The notes: generated by a model not told the origin, from the sequence alone. Counted from the stretch's first letter, positions 42,461 through 55,720 are shown. The stretch: DNA of 64,000 nt from Spizellomyces punctatus DAOM BR117 (GCA_000182565.2 KQ257470.1), one strand, 5' to 3'. Made by a program: numbers and translations.

Positions 42461-45400
42461 CTAGCTTTTTCGGCCCTTGTGCTCCACTGACGTCTTTCCA
42501 GTGCGAGGTGTCCGAGGTACCTTATCAACCACCTCGATGCCCATGGTACGAGCTTTAAGCTTCATATTCACGTCGTCCGTAACCAAAACAACGGGACTCG
42601 CAGTTCCATCCTTTTGATTGTCCTTGTGATATTGACAGCACTTCAAGATCACATCATCGTTGTTCTTTCTTCTCTCATCTGCTGTGCTCCGAGTTGCCCA
42701 GTTTTCTGTGCGAACTCTAAGATCAAAAAGGAAATTCCCTTGACTAGTTTGCAACTTTAGCCAAGGCTTCCGTCGCCGACCACCGGTAGAACTCGTGCCA
42801 TCTCCAAATTCCTCTTCCAAGTACTGGACAGCATGTAGAGCTTGGAGTCCCTTTTCATCATCGCTGATTTTCAATCCGTCAAGCTCCGTAACCACTGCGT
42901 CCAGCCACAGTGACGGTTATTAGCACTATACTCAGTAGCCACTGGTAGACATGGTCTACTTACCGACTAACGGGATGCTCACTATCCAGTCACCGGACTC
43001 AATAACGTGTTTTACTTCTTGCAAACGATGCAGGAATATATTTGTGTCAAACACAATGACTGTCTCTCCGGGGACGACTCTGACAGAAGTCGTTCTCTTG
43101 TCACGCAGTTGAGTAGGTGCCATCGTGCGCTGTTGTGAAGTGAGCGTGCCATGAAGCTTTTGACGAAGCGCCTGCAACAAGGAATAGGCATCAGAATGTG
43201 CATATTACTCTCCAGATGGGTAGGCCACGATATGCAGACCTTTAGATGCTGCACTGTGTGATCAACTTCCACGGCGTCCGATTCTACGCCATTTTGCGTC
43301 TCGAAAGGATACGGTTCATAGTCAACCTCCTCCTCCTCCTCCTCTTCCTGGACATTGTCGTCCGACTAAAGCAGTGCCCTTGAGCGACATGAATTCAGAA
43401 AATGTTTCAGCAAACTATCAAACCTTTGCTAATTCTGGGGCCACCGATTCGACCATATCAAGTGTCTGTTTTCTGTAGGAGAAGCTCTTCTGTTCTGGGT
43501 CATAGTAGAACACCGGAACTTTCTGGAAAATAAAACTTAGGATAAGTACAAACCGCACTTGAATATATATATGTATGTGATTCAATATCACCTCAGCAAG
43601 AATTCGGGCCAACACAAGGATCCGAAGTGAGCGCACACTGGCGTGCTGCTGGCCTGCTTGTTGGAACTGAACGTTTCCCGCGACATCAACGTGCTCAGCA
43701 ACAAAGCGGTCTATTTCGACCGCGCCTTGGGTCATAACAGCGTCAAACCCCGGTATCTTGTTATGGCTCTCCTTGAATGGTAGCGATCCTCGCAACTCCC
43801 TATGCAAATATGAGGAAGCAGCACTAGTGGTGAACAGTTCCAAATACTGACCAGTCCTCTGGCAAAAGCCGAGAGCTTATTATCTCTGATACGGATAACG
43901 GGTTCCTGACTTCTTCGTTCAAGGCCCTTGCAAGACTATTGCAGAGAATCGCCATAGAGGACCAGAATCTGCTATACTTCTGCTCAAGCGAAAAAGAACA
44001 ATTAGCCAAAGTTATCGGGGCAAGCGTGTGCTGGCGACTCACCTGTACAGTGATGTACGGTACCCATACCGATGCTGTGTTGATCAACCAAAGGATTGTC
44101 ACCTCAATGTATAGGAGACCTGCTGTCACGGGAACTTCTTGACGGAGCTCCGCATTGTCATATTCAGTGTGCAGGGCATTAATTTCCTCCTTCACAGCCA
44201 CATCCAGAATATGAATGCTTGTTGAAATTAAATTCTCTCGGATTTGGTCCAGACCCCCGTCTTTTTCCATCGCAGGATTGATCTTGGAGAGGTACGACAT
44301 TGAAGCATTTACGGCCGCAAGTCGAAACCACACACTGAAGTTTTCGTCTGAAGGTATACGCAACATTGATGATACGTTGTTCAAATGTGCCGCAAACATA
44401 GCGAAATATTCAGTGAACCGCTCCGTGCTAGCGCATCATCAGCATATTATCGCAGAGTTCCATAGCGTGTCTACAACATGCAAGTAACATACCTTATCTT
44501 ACTATAAAAGATCTCGTGTAATCTCACAAAGAGGTTGAGCATAATCGCAATCGGCTTTCTGTCCCCGGAGATACAAATGTTATCTGAAGTCTTGCGTGAC
44601 CTGGAGAGAGTTTTCACGCTATTCACAGCGGCAGTAGGCCGACCGTCCGCGATTTCGATACATTTCCGGTTGGATTCAAATAAAAATGTCAGGGAATCGC
44701 GCGCGTTTGCAAATGGGGACCTCACAGTCAGACTGCGAAGGTAGTAATGAAGCGCTTCTAGGTGACGCTCCTCATACATTGACGTAATCGCAAGTTGGTT
44801 GTAGTAAAGGCCTTTCGAGAGCTGGTGTCAGAAGTTCGTAATGAAATCTGAATACGAGTAGGCCTTACCATTATGGGGACACAGAAGTGCGGCTTCCTTA
44901 TAGAGTCTCTTCGTGACAGACCAGTCCTTATCACTTTGTACTGCAGAGGGTTTCTCATACAGATACAAGGTGTTGTAGCGTGCTAAGTCTGCAAGACAAT
45001 TCAAGCTGCGGTGCCAAATTGGCGAGGACGATTCTGTCTTTGTCCGGTGACGCTTCAATCTACCAATCAAGAGTCTGTAAAGCACTTGCGCCCCAACAAT
45101 AAAATCGATCCAAGCGGCATGGACAGGCGGGCTTAATTTTCCGCTCTCGGCTGTAACATTGGCACGTAAGCTCTCTATACAGCTATACACGCTGTTTCGC
45201 CATAGCCGTGTCTCCAAATCGTATTTGATTCCAAGGTTATAATCACTGCCAATGATGTCAGCGTACAGCTTACCCAGACTTGGAATTGAGGAACAGAAGA
45301 GACGGTGTGAGCTTCGTGGTGCGACGCGCAGACACTTCGAGTTGGCGACATACCTCAGCCGAGTTGCTGTCCGCTTACGGATACTTTCTGTCTGATAATC

Positions 45401-46541
45401 AGACCGGGTAACCATCACGGACTTTTTTTCGTTGGCGAGAGTTTCTTCAATTTTGCATATTGACTTGTACATCTGTTTGAGTTGATCAAAGAAATATGGG
45501 GCTTCATCCTAATATCAACGAGAATGGTGGCAATCGTGTCAAGGAATGTTACGGAATACCACTTTACCAGCGGCGACTTACCCGTAACTGAAGCCTCTCT
45601 AGTTCCTGCACCACGCTAACTTGCGGGTCTTCTGACCGGCGACCGGGCCGACGCGGGCCCAACGCTCCTTGGTTCGCTTTCCCATTCTCGCCCTTTTTAG
45701 AGAATAGCTCAAAAGAATGCGGCGAGGCCACACCAGATTCCACATTCCGATGATCGAGCGGGCGATCACGCTCAGAGCGCTTAAGCACGCTACGCCGGGT
45801 TGTGTCCTCTTCAGGTCGGGAACCATTACCGTTACGACTGATCTTGCTCTCGGTGACACCTTCGATAGGTCGGTTGAGCTTCGTTACCGTGCTTCGAGGA
45901 TCATACAGGTGTGGATTCGCAGGATGGTTGCGCCGGAACACATCTTCTTCGTGGTCGGTGGTCGAATGTCGGCCCTTCCTGTCCCTTGCTCGACCATGCC
46001 TGCTGGCAACGTGATCCTGCGAGGAAGGCAACTTCTTGGACGACTGCGTATGGCTTCGTTTGAAAGTCTGAGAGTTACGATCCACGATAAGATCGGAGTA
46101 CATTCCTCCGCCTACAGCACCGCGGCCGCGCACTTTACGTATAGATGTCGCAACTGTCTTTATCTCTTCTTCTGCGGCCTTATCGGCATTTGTCAGGTCT
46201 GGAGCGCAGTCAGACTCATCCTCACTCTCGGATAGACTATTGTCGGACGAGGATTCTTCAGAAAAGATGCAGCTTTCGCTGTGTTACAAAGCACCCATAT
46301 CAGCTCTAGTCCATATCAATAGGTTTTGAGTAGGCCATCACCTGTCTTCTTCTCGGTCAACCGAATCTGGTGCTTCGTCGTCCGACTGGGCATCCTCCGA
46401 GCTGTCCTTTGCGCAAGACGACTGTTTTTGGCGAAGATATCCGCGAGTGTGAGGTGAAACTGAACCGTTCTGGCTCAATGCCGTTAAATTAGATAAACTC
46501 TTGATTCCGATACGTGAGTTGCCCGAAATTACTTTTGACAT
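42461..46541 (-). CDS. SMG6: SMG6/EST1A-like NMD factor: Est1/TPR domain plus C-terminal PIN nuclease
   Basis: LETRLWR, CLADLARY, P.NG, ALHYYLRSL..PFANARDSL and FVRLH; PIN domain VFDTNIFL, VTELDGLK, NNDDVIL and LVTDDVNMKLKA. Confidence 0.85.
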
Positions 46542-46628
46542 TTACAAAGGAAATAATAGCTGCTGGACAGTTATTTTCGTAAGGTCAAGACGCTGCTGGA
46601 AGACCAACCGGGCGGATGACGAGATCGC

Positions 46629-49600
46629 GTGGCACAGAAGCGCAGTGACAATTCCACTGTTGTCATGGCAACTAGCAGTACCTCTGGGACATTGTTCAAA
46701 ATGCATGTTGAGATCTCTCCAACAGAAATAATGCATTGTTGCAGACATGCCAGGGTGGCCTTTTCACCCGGCTCGCCCTTTCACCATCTCATTGGCGATG
46801 TCGCGGGACTCTGGACAGTGCGCCGCCCTTTTGGCGTGGCGTCTTGCCTACGAAGGCATTTGGACCCACCGGTGTTCTCATTTGCCAAATGGACGGATAA
46901 CGCACCCGACAACAGCAATTTAATAATACGGATATTGAACTCCCGGGATAAAGAACGCAAATCCTCAAAATCCCGGAGATCTAAGAGTGAAGAGCACCCA
47001 AAGCACCTACTCAGGGCTCTTGAAGGAGTCATCCGTGCGCGGGACCAGGCTGAATTCAATACCCTTTGGATGGACGTCAAATCTCTTCTAAAAGACCATG
47101 AGAAGCTTGACAAATGGATATCAAAAATCTCTCTTGTAAATTGGGTAGAGTTCTTAGGAGGGGTCTTTAACAGACCAGAATTAGAATTGGAAGCCAAAGT
47201 CGGGAACCTCACGGTTCTCGTCCGTGCTATGGCAAGATATTACCCTTCGAGTCTACTCGACGTTCTGGTCTTTCAGGCACTGTGGGGTTCAAGAGTGGAC
47301 GGCCATTCAATGGCCGATGATCCTTCAGCAGCAGCTAGATTTCTTGCAATCTGGGAATATACGAAGAATATAGTTGGTGACTCCTCACCGAAACCGACGA
47401 ACGCTCCCATAACCTTACGGGCCGCCGATTTGAAGGGCCTCGATACAGCGCTTCAGTCGGTTTTTCGCAATGCAGCACGCATCAAGTATTTACCTGAATA
47501 CACTCCAAGTATTGTGGAGGCTTGCTGGCAAATGTTTGATCGATTGTGGACTGAGCTGGAAGTCATTCGGCCCTTGCTGACGCCTGCCGCGGACTATAAA
47601 GCACTCCTCATCGTACTACAGAGGCACAGTAACGTAAATTACGTTCGGAAAGTCGTCAGCCGAATGCGGATGGTGGCTCCTCTGAGTACATTCGAGTACA
47701 ACGCTCTTCTCAAGGTCGAGGGGAGAACTGGGAATGTCAGTTCGCTAGTTTCAATCTGGCAAGAAATGAAAGCTGGTGGTGCTCACTCGGCGCCAAACTC
47801 TGCCAGTTTGGAAACGGTTGCACAGGGACTAAGAGCGGCCATGGTGCAGCTTTTGCGTGCTGACGATGTTGAACCGGAAAATCTTGAGGCCGTCTGGAAC
47901 GCATTCCAGGTCTTGTGGAATGACATTGGGGATGTCCTAGACTCTGACCACTACAAGCAACTTCTAGCACTGGTGAAAAGACGGCCGGTTGATGGGGACA
48001 TGCAAATTGTACGGGTTAGATGGGTGCTTGATAGGATGCGGGAAACTGGTATCGACACCCGAATACATGAGCAAGTGTTGCTTAAGTCGGGAGACTCTCC
48101 AGATCCGAAAATAATTCTGCAGATATGGAAGGAAATGCAAGCGACTGGCACCCAGCTAGATAAGGATGCCAGCAAGCGAGTTCTTTTCGCCTATACCCAA
48201 ACAGGAGATTACGCAGGCTTTCTGAGCTTGGCTAATTCCTTGCAGAGAGAAGGAGTGACGTTGGAAGGATGGGCTTTATCACCTGCGTTTAACAACGCGC
48301 TACGTTGGTTTGGAAAACGCCGCAAATTGACAGAATTCACAGAAGTTATTACTCTTATGCAATCCCTCGGGGTAAAACCAACTTCCCATACTCTTGACGT
48401 CACGATCGCATTCTATGCGAAAGAGGGGTTTCTCCAGAAAGCGGAAGAGATTTGCTTTACTGAGAGGAATGATGACGTTAGCCCAAGTATTGTCGGGTAT
48501 ACTTCCCTCCTTGCTGCATATTTCAAGCACAATGAATCAGAACGGGCGCGGAACTTACTGGAGGAGCTAAAAACCCGACAAATCCAGTTTGATGTGGTCA
48601 CATACGGATCTATCATCCACGGTTATACCAAAATGAAAGATATGGACTCTGCAGAAGAGTGGGTCAGAGCAATGGCAAAGACAGGGCACGAACCAAATGA
48701 AATTGTTTACGGTCACATAATCAACGGGTACCTTAATGCAGGAAACCCGGAAAAAGCGAGGCAAATACTTCACATGATGAAGGAGAATGGCATTGTTCAA
48801 CCTGGCCACATGTGCTACGCACCGCTAGTCAACTACTATCTCAAGGCAGGTCAGTGGGAGAACGCCGAGGAGTTAAAACTTGAAATGTCAAACTTGCCTT
48901 CAGTGCATACTCGGTATCACAGTATATACAGGCCGTATATTCAGCATCATCTGGATTGTGATGAGGTCGCTTCCGCGGATAAGTTAGTGGACGAACTACA
49001 GGGCGCTGGTATTCCCCTGGACGAACGTGTGTACGGCTTGTATATAACCTACTTTGCCCGACGACTGGACTATGCGCAAGCGTTGCAATGGTTGCACCGT
49101 GCTGAGCAAGCCTCGGAAGCATCCTATCCCTGCTATAGTTCTCTCCTCAACAGTTACGCTCGCCGCGGGCGAGTGGACGATGCGGAAGCTCTCTTTGAAC
49201 GTATGATGGCGAACGGCGTACAACCGAATGCTGGAACTTTTGCCATAATGATGAGAGCCCACGGCCGGGCTGGAAATCCGCAGAAGGCCGTTCTGATTTG
49301 GGAACAGCTACGAACTCTCAAGGTGGCCCTGGACGGACGCATTGTGGGGCACTTTCTCAGCCTTTGTAAAGAATCGGGTTTGATGGACTTTGCCCGCTTG
49401 GAGTGGCATGTATTGCGGGAGAGTGTCACACTTAATGCGTCGCATTACAAAATCTATATTGAAGGACTGCTTCTGAGTGGTATGCTGGACGAGGTGAAGC
49501 GAGTTCTTGTGGACGATATGCGCAGTGAGAATATTGTGCTCAGCGAGGACTTGTGGACGAATGTATTTAGAGCGATGAAAGCTGCCGATCGGCACCAAGA

Positions 49601-49685
49601 TATGCAAGATCTCAAAGCATATAAGAGCTACTTGAGCCAACGGGACGAAAGCGATAGACGGAAGATCATGTACCTTGATGATTAG
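46629..49685 (+). CDS. Pentatricopeptide-repeat (PPR) protein, intron-less; true start may be ATG 46701 or 46731
   Basis: Many PPR motifs, e.g. VGYTSLLAAY, VTYGSIIHGY, IVYGHIINGY, CYSSLLNSYARRG and GVQPNAGTFAIMM. Confidence 0.9.
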   Translation: MAQKRSDNSTVVMATSSTSGTLFKMHVEISPTEIMHCCRHARVAFSPGSPFHHLIGDVAGLWTVRRPFGVASCLRRHLDPPVFSFAKWTDNAPDNSNLIIRILNSRDKERKSSKSRRSKSEEHPKHLLRALEGVIRARDQAEFNTLWMDVKSLLKDHEKLDKWISKISLVNWVEFLGGVFNRPELELEAKVGNLTVLVRAMARYYPSSLLDVLVFQALWGSRVDGHSMADDPSAAARFLAIWEYTKNIVGDSSPKPTNAPITLRAADLKGLDTALQSVFRNAARIKYLPEYTPSIVEACWQMFDRLWTELEVIRPLLTPAADYKALLIVLQRHSNVNYVRKVVSRMRMVAPLSTFEYNALLKVEGRTGNVSSLVSIWQEMKAGGAHSAPNSASLETVAQGLRAAMVQLLRADDVEPENLEAVWNAFQVLWNDIGDVLDSDHYKQLLALVKRRPVDGDMQIVRVRWVLDRMRETGIDTRIHEQVLLKSGDSPDPKIILQIWKEMQATGTQLDKDASKRVLFAYTQTGDYAGFLSLANSLQREGVTLEGWALSPAFNNALRWFGKRRKLTEFTEVITLMQSLGVKPTSHTLDVTIAFYAKEGFLQKAEEICFTERNDDVSPSIVGYTSLLAAYFKHNESERARNLLEELKTRQIQFDVVTYGSIIHGYTKMKDMDSAEEWVRAMAKTGHEPNEIVYGHIINGYLNAGNPEKARQILHMMKENGIVQPGHMCYAPLVNYYLKAGQWENAEELKLEMSNLPSVHTRYHSIYRPYIQHHLDCDEVASADKLVDELQGAGIPLDERVYGLYITYFARRLDYAQALQWLHRAEQASEASYPCYSSLLNSYARRGRVDDAEALFERMMANGVQPNAGTFAIMMRAHGRAGNPQKAVLIWEQLRTLKVALDGRIVGHFLSLCKESGLMDFARLEWHVLRESVTLNASHYKIYIEGLLLSGMLDEVKRVLVDDMRSENIVLSEDLWTNVFRAMKAADRHQDMQDLKAYKSYLSQRDESDRRKIMYLDD

Positions 49686-49859
49686 ATAGTTTGCGTTAAT
49701 TAGGTGGTGAGAAACCAGGCTCCTGTACAGATTCTCAACACCATCACATGTAAATAGGAATCATAAAGCTACATTCGGGGAATAGTAATCGGCCCTCAAG
49801 AAAAGATGAGAAGCGCCTTCATGGCAAGAACTCTATTAACTCTAACAAAAGCAACCGCT

Positions 49860-50877
49860 CTACTTGTCTTGACTCGTCTTGACTGGTGTTGGATTGCTTA
49901 CGTAGAACGTTGTAGCCGGTTGTATCTTGCCTTGCGCCTGGCATGCCTTCAAAAACTCTGGACTAACAATTGGAATATTCCATTCTACGGCCTTCTCATA
50001 TTTTGGACCCCTCGGTACCGTGCATACCAAATGTGTGTTATCCGTCGTCAGATCATCAGTGTAATGCGCACCCATTCGTCCGAGCACATCGATCAGCGCT
50101 TCGATATCCGTATTATTCGAGAACGTACCGAATGAAACATTGATTCCAGTCAAATTCTCCATTGCATGTGTCTTGACGTGTACCCTGTTGCTTTGGAGCG
50201 CTCCAGCTGAGGTTCGGATAACTAACCATATCTCATACTCGTGCGATACGTCTAACCCTGATAGTTTTGCAGACGTAGCGGTATTTGCAACGTTGAGAGA
50301 GAGTTTCTGCCCGTTTCGATACACGTCAATCCCTCGAACGTCTGCGGCGTGAAGAACTAAAGGCTTCCAGGTGATGATGATCGAGGTTTGAGTGACGGAC
50401 TTGACGGAAACTTCAGGAACTTCAGGTGGTTGCGAAAATGAATAAAAGATTTCTTCCTGAAGGGCGAGGAAGTCTTCGTGCTGTCGACGTTCCTCCTCGT
50501 GGTTACGTTCGATAGTGAGGTTGACTATAGAGCCTGTTTTCACGCCATCCTGAGACAAGCATTAGTTAAACATTAGCGTATGGGGGAAGGTGTAAATGTG
50601 GCTGTCGAGATCCCGCCCTCTTCTGTCGTCCCCTCGCGTGGCTACTACCAGCCTCCTCAACGGACCGTTCTCTTCCTTTCACAATTATCAAGCATGAAAA
50701 GCATACCGGCAGAATTTGCGCTGGGAACTCAACGGTGTGGTGATGCGGTGACAGGAGAATCGCCATTCCCGCGTCGATCTTGCCGATAGTGAACTACAAT
50801 TGGCATATACTAAGTAAATATCGCATAAACTATGCACCGGACATACCTACCTGCACTGAAGTAACCTCTTGCAGCAT
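49860..50877 (-). CDS. CHS5: Exomer subunit Chs5 (N-terminal dimerisation, FN3 and BRCT domains)
   Basis: Spliced [23 protein letters not shown]...[23 protein letters not shown]...RTSAG; BRCT THLVC...[11 protein letters not shown]. Confidence 0.9.
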
Positions 50878-51355
50878 CGTTGCAGTTATAGATGTAGGGA
50901 CAGGATGTGGATGGCGGCCTGGTCAAGCGGTGGTTAGCGCCGTGATTGTCGGTGATCAATTTATACCCACTGGAAATATCGCTGGCTGATGTCAGCAGAG
51001 TTTTGACCAACGTCGCCGTTGCCTTCGAACAGAACCATTAACAAACGGTGTGCTTGCTGAATCCCTTCACATCTGTTCAGATGCAGGCCGTCTCATACCC
51101 AACGGACTCAATCTACTGTGGCAGGCAAAACTTCGACTTTAACCGATCGATTAAAAGAACAAGAAATGTATATTGTGAGGGCGAGACCGTAAAAATGGCA
51201 AGGGCTTATCGCTTGCAAGATTCAGGAAGAGGAGAGCAGATATCGCATAATGAGTAGTTGGACAAGGACATGGAATTGATACACAGACGGAACCGTAGCA
51301 GAATATCTATTGCATGCAAGTTTATACAATGACTACAGATCTCACTACTTGCTAC

Positions 51356-52108
51356 CTACGAATTCAAGACCCTCCTCGGCAACTCAAAGCCGTCTATGAC
51401 TCTTCCATACATGACACCACCCAACCTGGAAACAGGTCTGTATTCCTTCAAATCTACAACACCGGTTTCCTCGTTGTACACCCCTTTCTTGACGTGGATA
51501 CGGACTATTTCACCCAGCACAACGCCAGAGGTCGGTTTGCCCTCCTTATTGTGCAGAATGTTGATGTGAGTTACCTTGCATTCAAAGGACACTGCGCTTT
51601 CGGCAATACGAGGGGGACGAATCACATCGGACGGCACAGCCGTCAGACCCGAGTCCGGAAGTTCAGAAGTGTGAGGTGGGTAATTGGTTGTGGTATGGTT
51701 GGCAGATTCCACAAAATGCTCAGACATTGTGTTCACAACGAACTCTGACGAAGAAAGGATATTTCGTAGTGTATCTTTCTTGCCGTTCCGTCCGTAGTTG
51801 ATGGATACCATAACCGTCGGAGGGTCATGACATACAACATTGAAATACGAGAATGGTGCCACATTGACAATGTTTGTTTCGGGATCTTGGGTACTAACTA
51901 GGGCAATGGGGCGAGGAACCACGCTGCTAATGAGGAACTTGTAGCAGGACGGTTTCGCGAGCTGTAACGGATCTAAAGTGAGAGTCTCGCCGTGGGATGG
52001 CGGGGCAGGTTGGTTGATGCCCTCTGTCCACGTCGGGTGCGGAGGTGTGGTGAGATGGAAGGCGGCCGCTTCATCAAAAGGCGGGACGCCAGTGGTAGTG
52101 GCTGTCAT
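51356..52108 (-). CDS. Flavin reductase-like FMN-binding protein (DIM6/NTAB family)
   Basis: SSVVPRPIALVST, NVAPFSYFNVV, KDTLRNI, EFVVN, PPRIAES..FEC and SRLGG. Confidence 0.9.
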   Translation of the reverse strand: MTATTTGVPPFDEAAAFHLTTPPHPTWTEGINQPAPPSHGETLTLDPLQLAKPSCYKFLISSVVPRPIALVSTQDPETNIVNVAPFSYFNVVCHDPPTVMVSINYGRNGKKDTLRNILSSSEFVVNTMSEHFVESANHTTTNYPPHTSELPDSGLTAVPSDVIRPPRIAESAVSFECKVTHINILHNKEGKPTSGVVLGEIVRIHVKKGVYNEETGVVDLKEYRPVSRLGGVMYGRVIDGFELPRRVLNS

Positions 52109-52263
52109 GCTTCCTAATGAACGATGGTAATTGTTTGGGGGAAAGCAAAATGTTATTCCTACAGCTGGCAGATAAAGTCGTGGCACTGTGGTGCTTAGCA
52201 AACCGCCAACTGTTCTTTTACACTTGTTGTGAGGTTTAGAGATCAGCATTTAGCAAACCCATA

Positions 52264-53167
52264 ATGACGGTGAAGAGCGTTCAGCGCCTGGTGGTATGGA
52301 CTGGCTGGTTGACAAAAGTAAAGGAGACCACGTATTGAAACTGAACTTCCCAGATTGTCGGTTTGGGTAACCACACACATCCCTATACTCGACACAATGT
52401 TGGAATGATGGCACTCGACTTTTCGGTCAAAAAGCTTCTAGGTCCACAGGCCTGGAAACCGTCAAAACCGCTCAACGCCATAATATCAGAAACTATTTTG
52501 AATGCAACTGCGGTACCGGGTGTACCGGAGGGGTGGAGCACCCACGTTGTTTTCGTCAAGCCGAGGACTTACATGAATTTCAACGGAAGTGTTGTCTTGA
52601 AGGCTGGTGAGTAGAAGTAGCTCGGATAGCTTGTTTCTTTTAAGCTGTGCTAAATCATTGACGATACAGTTCGAGAATATGGGGTGCGACCCAAAGATGT
52701 TATCATTGTGCATGATGATCTCGAACGGAAATTGGGTGCGATATCCGCTAAAAAGGGAGGAAGCGCAAAGTATGTTAGAATCCGTATCCTTTGTCGAATA
52801 CCCGGATGAATCCTCATATATTCTGTCTTTCCGATCCAGTGGACATAATGGGGTCAAGTCTGTCATTGCATCTCTAAAAACTGATGTAAGATTGGAAAAA
52901 ATCCCCATCTGTTTTGGTTCATTCTAACGCCTCGTCCAGCAATTTCCACGTATCCGCATTGGAATTGACCGTCCAATCTCTAAATCTCATTCCGACGTGG
53001 CTGCTTTTGTGCTCACCAAATTCTCGGATGAAGACACGGACTTGTTGAAAGCAGAAGGATTCCCGGCCTACCATCGCGTCCTGCTGCAGATGATCAAAGG
53101 TCATGCTAACGCGCAAGGTGAACCGGAATCTGCCCCAGAAGCCAGTATCGATGCTGCATCTAGCTGA
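52264..53167 (+). CDS. PTH1: Peptidyl-tRNA hydrolase (bacterial-type Pth1), multi-exon
   Basis: IVGLGN..YTRHNVG, KPRTYMN, VHDDLE, GGSA.GHNGVKS, RIRIGIDRP and FVL.KF; TGA at 53165-53167. Confidence 0.9.
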
Positions 53168-54212
53168 TTCCAGCAGTTGGTGGAAACGTGCTTGCCATCT
53201 GCTTCGGCAGATGTATGCTCACACCGCGCCCCGACGCTTTGGCGAGCCATTGGGGTTCGCCATACTAGCTTTCTGGTGATCTGACTGACCCTGATGACCA
53301 ACAATACCACGAATGAGTATCGCCAAAAGGCATGGATAAAAAATGGCCCGCAGACCCTGAACGATAGCGATTAGAGGACAACTTCCGATTCGGTGAACTC
53401 TTTTGGCGTGAAAAGCAGATGTTACAAAACGTAGGAGGGCCGGCCAGAACGTTCGTCTGTCCTTTGGCATCACACTGGTTTCACCCGCGATGCATAGTCA
53501 TTTGTCGCTCGAAAAGCGCAATGTGCATCTACATTAACATGAACTTGAGAGATGAAAGTCATAGCGCTAGCGCTCAAACACTTGATGCAGGGCACATCAC
53601 CTTCATGGCATTAAATTTTTTGCGTTCAGTAGCCAATAGAGGCAATCTTAAGATGGTTATTGGGCGATCTACATACGTATCATGCAAAAATTGTTCGTGC
53701 CAAGTTTCCAGTATAGCTTCCCCAGAAACGCACGAGTACTAGATGGATAAAGGGGAAGTGTGACGATTGGATCGCTTATCAAAGGCAAGAGAAACTTGTT
53801 CCAAACCAGTTTCGTTTAGCATTGCCCTGCGTTGGTGGGCACCCATTTGGAGCAAGTGTTGTGTACTTAAAGCCAGCTCGGATATGTGTTCAAGCAAAAC
53901 TCATTCTCAAACCACCATGCGCACCTACAGCTAAAAACCTAAAAATTGGATGACCATACCCGACCACCACATACTGCTGCGGGTGGCACTACTGGTCTGT
54001 AATTACTTCATCCAAATGAATTGTGGACTCATCCCCACTCTGGTAACAGTAAATAATACTGGCAGTTCCCCGGCTGTTAGTGACATGACGCTCGCATATT
54101 AGCGCTAGGAATGGAAATCTGGTTGTGGTCGCAAATGGAGAAGACATGCATGAAACAAGTGATTAACATCACAAGCACGCGTAGTGTGAAACGAGGTCTG
54201 ATATCTGTCTTT

Positions 54213-54219
54213 TATATAA
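54213..54219 (+). promoter_or_regulatory. TATA box of aspartic protease gene
   Basis: TATATAA about 47 bp upstream of ATG 54266. Confidence 0.45.
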
Positions 54220-54265
54220 GACTAGAGTCCAAGGTTGACATGTCTCGCCGTCTCACTTGCACTCA

Positions 54266-55720
54266 ATGATATTCACACACTTCTTTGCCATCATCAGTTT
54301 GGTTACTGCATCGGTCGCTCTGCCGGCAGCCGTTCCAGGGATCATAACCGTTCCGCTTGATCGCGTCGACTCGACAAGTGATCTCAAAAATGCCGGCTCT
54401 TTCGCAGCTCGGGCTGCCAACCGATATATCTCTAGGTCTGTCGAAACACGGTCGACTTTACCTTCCAAATTGATGCCGCGTCAAGTTGCTTCCAAGGAGG
54501 AGGGTTTCGCCAGCATTTTCCGTAGACAGAAAGGTGACGACGGAATAAATACTGCAAAGAATGTAAACATGTACGACTCTTTATTGTTTGAATACGTCTT
54601 GCACTGTATATCTGACTTATTTTGTAGCACCGTACTACAAGGCGGCGCCCTTCGGATGAGAATTGATGTTGGAACTCCTCCACGGCCCTATGGTGGTAAG
54701 TAAGCGCATTGCTGGCTTGTATGTGTCGTGACAGTTTGTACTAAAGCATTCTATAACGGTCAGTCGCCCTTGATTCGTCATCGGCAGATCTATGGCTAGC
54801 ATCGCCAGATTGCAAAACATGCGTTGGATAGTAAGTGAGTGAAATTGTGCGTCATCGCAAATTCGTTAAATGATGATTGTTTGCCGAGCAGTGAGCCCTA
54901 CGTTGCTTCCAAGAGCAGCACAGGCAAGGTATCTGACAAAAAGTTTGTCGTTGCCTATAACGAGGGCAGCCTCCGTGTCGATGTGACGGGAGTCACCGAC
55001 GACTTGATCTTTGGTGGATTTCCTATCAAACAGCAGCCATTTGCTCAGGCAGACAAGATTCCAAAAGGGTTTCAAGACGTGCCTTTTGACGGTGTCCTTG
55101 GGTTGGCTTTCTCAGCACACTCCGAACAAAAAGCTCCACCATTGCTTCAAAGCCTCGTCGATCAAAAAGTGATCAAATCAGCATCGTTTGCTCTCCATAT
55201 CCCTGCTGGAAAGAAACAGGCGACAATGACAATAGGGGGTATTGATCCTACAAAGTTCTCTGGCGAGATTGACTTTGTACCTGTCGACAATGCTGCTGGA
55301 CAATGGGGCCTGAATATCGATCAGATTGTGGCACAGGGTAAAGCAGTAGATGTTGGGACTAAGAAAGGCATTCTGGACACGGGGACATCGGTTTTGCTTG
55401 GTCCAATGGAGGACGTGCGAAAAGTGTTTGCGGCGATCCCTGGCTCTGCGGAAATGGCGAACGGCACATTTACCGTTCCCTGCAATCAAGATAATTCTTT
55501 TGCGCTCAAATTGGGAGGCAAGGACTATGGTTTGAATGGCGTAGACTTTCTCGATGAGATTTTCTCGGTAGCTGGGCCGAACAATGCAAACTGCGTCGCT
55601 GCATTGAGCGGAGATCAAAAAATCAAGTCATGGGTTATCGGAACGCCTTTCCTCCAGAAATTTTACACCGTCTGGGATCTGTCCGTTCCACGGTTTGGGC
55701 TAGCTAAAAAAGTCGAGTGA
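54266..55720 (+). CDS. Secreted pepsin-like (A1) aspartic protease
   Basis: Signal peptide MIFTHFFAIISLVTASVA; VGTPPRPY, ALDSSSADLW, FDGVLGLAF, ILDTGTS and WVIGTPFLQKFYTVWD. Confidence 0.88.

Noticed and set aside
45717-46235. Long antisense ORFs (this one, 27546-28058, 55178-55618 and similar)
   Set aside because: They are shadows of well-supported genes on the opposite strand and have no recognisable motifs.
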